Shown one piece after another: positions 61,661-64,000 of a DNA stretch of 64,000 nucleotides. Source of the DNA: Antechinus flavipes (Eukaryota). The notes under the pieces are model-generated. The model was not told the DNA's origin, did no database searches, and saw nothing but the letters and a program-made list of their open reading frames with translations. Positions within the stretch are counted from its first letter, which is position 1, and each line of letters opens with the position of its first letter. The position numbers and the translations under genes are program-made. The stretch covers positions 726,206,001-726,270,000 of the forward strand of contig NC_067398.1 of assembly GCF_016432865.1 (NCBI RefSeq). Direction: 5' to 3'.

Positions 61661-64000
61661 AGCTTACATCCTGCCTGGGCTGTAGATGAGGACAGAGGAG
61701 ACGGCCTATTCAGTGGAAGCCTCATTCTCAAAGCAGTAGTCTTATGGAGGGCCTTGAATGCCATACCCAGGCATGGCGTTCTGTTGACGTTTTATCCTTG
61801 CGTCAAGGAGTCTCCAAGGCGGAGGCCGGAGGCCGCTCCTCCTGATTGTGCCGTCAGACGTGCTCCGTTAGCTGCCTCTTGCCCACGGTCCCAACTTCCC
61901 CCTTCTGGCCAGGAACGGGCCCCAAGGCAGTTCCTATGACCCACAATGCCAGCTGTGCAGATGCCACTGGGCAAATTCCCCCCGCCCTGAAGGCAAAGTG
62001 CGGACTCTGGGCCACTGGCCAGTGAGGAGGAGCTTTGGGAACCTTCTGAGGAGGAGTCGTCGCCCTGGATGAGCTGCCGTGGGCAGGGCTCGTTACCTGA
62101 ACCTCGCACCCAAACCTTCCCTGCCTTCTACTTTCCCCCAGTGAGGGGGCACTTTGTCCTCCCAGACCCTCCGGGGTCTGCCAGCAGGGGTCTTCCTGTA
62201 CCTCCTGTACCTCACTCTCACTTAATACCCATTAGGGGCTGTTGATGTCACCTTTGCAGCATCTGTAGATTTCACATCTCTTGTCACTTTCACCTCCAGA
62301 GCATCTCTCGTCACTTTCACCTGCAGAGAGGTTTCCTTGTCGGTATCACCTCTAACATCTGTTGCAGACTTTACCTCTGCAGCTTCTCTGGGATTTTCCC
62401 TCCGTATCCCCTTCTCTTTTCTGACCCCGCCTCCCAACTCTTTCTATCCATCTAGATCACACACACACACACACACACACACACAAGTATACTTATTAGT
62501 AATGTACATGCCCTTTTATATTGACGCTGTAGCAATATGTCCAACTATTACAAGGATGAGGTGAAAATGAAATTATATTTTAACACATAGCAGTGATCGC
62601 TGCGGCCACGGGGAGGAGGAGGAAGGTGTTGGGCCTGAAGCTTTGTGATTATTTTGGGATTTCCTCTCCGAGTCCTTTGGTCTGACTCAGCCGTTGGACC
62701 CCTCCCATCTCCCTGGCGCGCCTGGCGGGGCTCCGAGGGCAACGGGCCTCCTGGGGCCCAGGCCCTGGGGGGGGCAGCCTCCGCTTCTGCCCATCGGGGT
62801 GCCAGGGCTGCCCGCTTCCTGGCCCACCCGGGGCCCCCGTGGGGCCCAGATCTCGGCTTGGGGAAGCCCCGTCTCCTGGCTGGGACCAGGTGGGGGCCTT
62901 CCTCACTGGGAGGAACAGGGCTGCCTGTTGGGAGGGGACGCGGGATCCTTCCTCCCCCCCCGGGAGGGACGTGGACCCTTCCCCCCTGGGAGGTAGTTCT
63001 CCGGCCAGTTCTGGGCAGGCAAAGGCCTTGGCCGGGACAGGGAGTGAGGTGAGGGCGAATGTCGTCTGACTGGGGCTCCCACAGTCTCTGCGTCTGGGGG
63101 AGGGAAGGGGGAGCTTGATTCACCAGAAGGTGTCTGAAGTAGTTCAGGGAGCCCTAGTAGACCCCCAGCTCAGCCTGCATCAGCGCGCCCTCACAACAGA
63201 TAGCCGGGATCGGAGACGGCTCGGCCGGAGGAGGGGACAGTTCCCGGCCTCGGCCCGGAGTCCCCCCGTTCTAGCGCACGGCGCCTTACGTGGGCCATTG
63301 ATAGCTGGGGGAGCTCGGGGCAGGGCAGCCCTGCTGGGGAAGGCTTTGAGGTGCCCCCCGGGTGAGGGGTCGGGCCAGGAGTTGGTGGGTGGAAGGGGCA
63401 GGAGAATCGGCTCCCTGGAGAGGCCTGAGGGGGTCACGGGGTCATTGGGGCAGGGCCTGGGCAGAGCTTGCCCTCCCCCTGCCTTCTTCTGCGCCGCCCC
63501 CCCTCCCCCCGGCACCTCTGGTGACTTTGTCCCTTTGTTCTCTCGAGCCTCAGAGGCTGATGGGGGGGGGGGGGGAGCCAGAGCCTTCACTCTCCGCCCT
63601 TGCTGAGACATCCCATGGGCAGGGACAAGATGGAGGCGGCCGGGGCAGCCTGTGGCTGCAGAGTCTGAGGTTTGTGCAGCGGTCCTCTGGGGCCCGTGGC
63701 TCTTCCTCAGGCCTTCTCGGGCAGGTGACGCGGATGTTACCTCGACCTTGGGAGGAAGCCCCATCTTCCCCCTGCGCCCACCCCAGGATCTGCCGTCACC
63801 TGTCCCTTGCTGCCCCCTGGGGCTCTGCCTGGGCGGGGGGTGAAGGTCTGGCGGTGCCGGGGTCAGAGGCTCCCGCCTGGCCGGCCTCCTGTGGCGCCTC
63901 CTCCCTGCGCCGGGGCAGGCCGGGCTGGTTATCACCTCTCAGGTGGGGACCTGCCTCTTCCCCCAGGCCTGACACTGCACAGAGGAGATCATTATCCCAT

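Overview
A GC- and CpG-rich, minisatellite-dense vertebrate region. It is almost certainly marsupial, probably Australidelphian, judged from WSINE1/MAR1-type SINEs and marsupial-style L1; the species cannot be called. It is orthologous to part of human 22q11.2 / mouse chr10. Six protein-coding genes were reconstructed with GT-AG splice sites, left to right: CABIN1 5' end (-; ATG-only exon plus 2 coding exons, continues off the left edge), DDT (-, 3 exons, 118 aa), MIF (-, 3 exons, 115 aa), VPREB3 (+, 2 exons, 121 aa), RAB36 (+, 10 coding exons, 269 aa, C-terminal CC) and BCR exon 1 (+, 1156 nt CDS, intron 1 runs off the right edge). The rest is L1/L2/SINE remnants, a probable ERV LTR with a PBS, more than 15 tandem repeats and a 296-nt N gap. 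Most long ORFs in the supplied track are artefacts of high GC and repeats. Main observations: (1) gene order is collapsed relative to eutherians as I recall it, with no GSTT cluster between DDT and MIF, no SLC2A11/DERL3/SMARCB1/MMP11/CHCHD10 between MIF and VPREB3, and VPREB3 rather than RSPH14/GNAZ next to the RFX X-box promoter of RAB36; (2) the whole 3' splice site of DDT exon 3 is tandemly quadruplicated and every extra copy carries AG>GG; (3) BCR exon 1 has an in-frame 45-bp duplication and lacks tyrosine-bearing segments; (4) some minisatellites multimerise ETS or E-box motifs. I found no clearly new gene system. All cross-species comparisons are from memory and need database confirmation.
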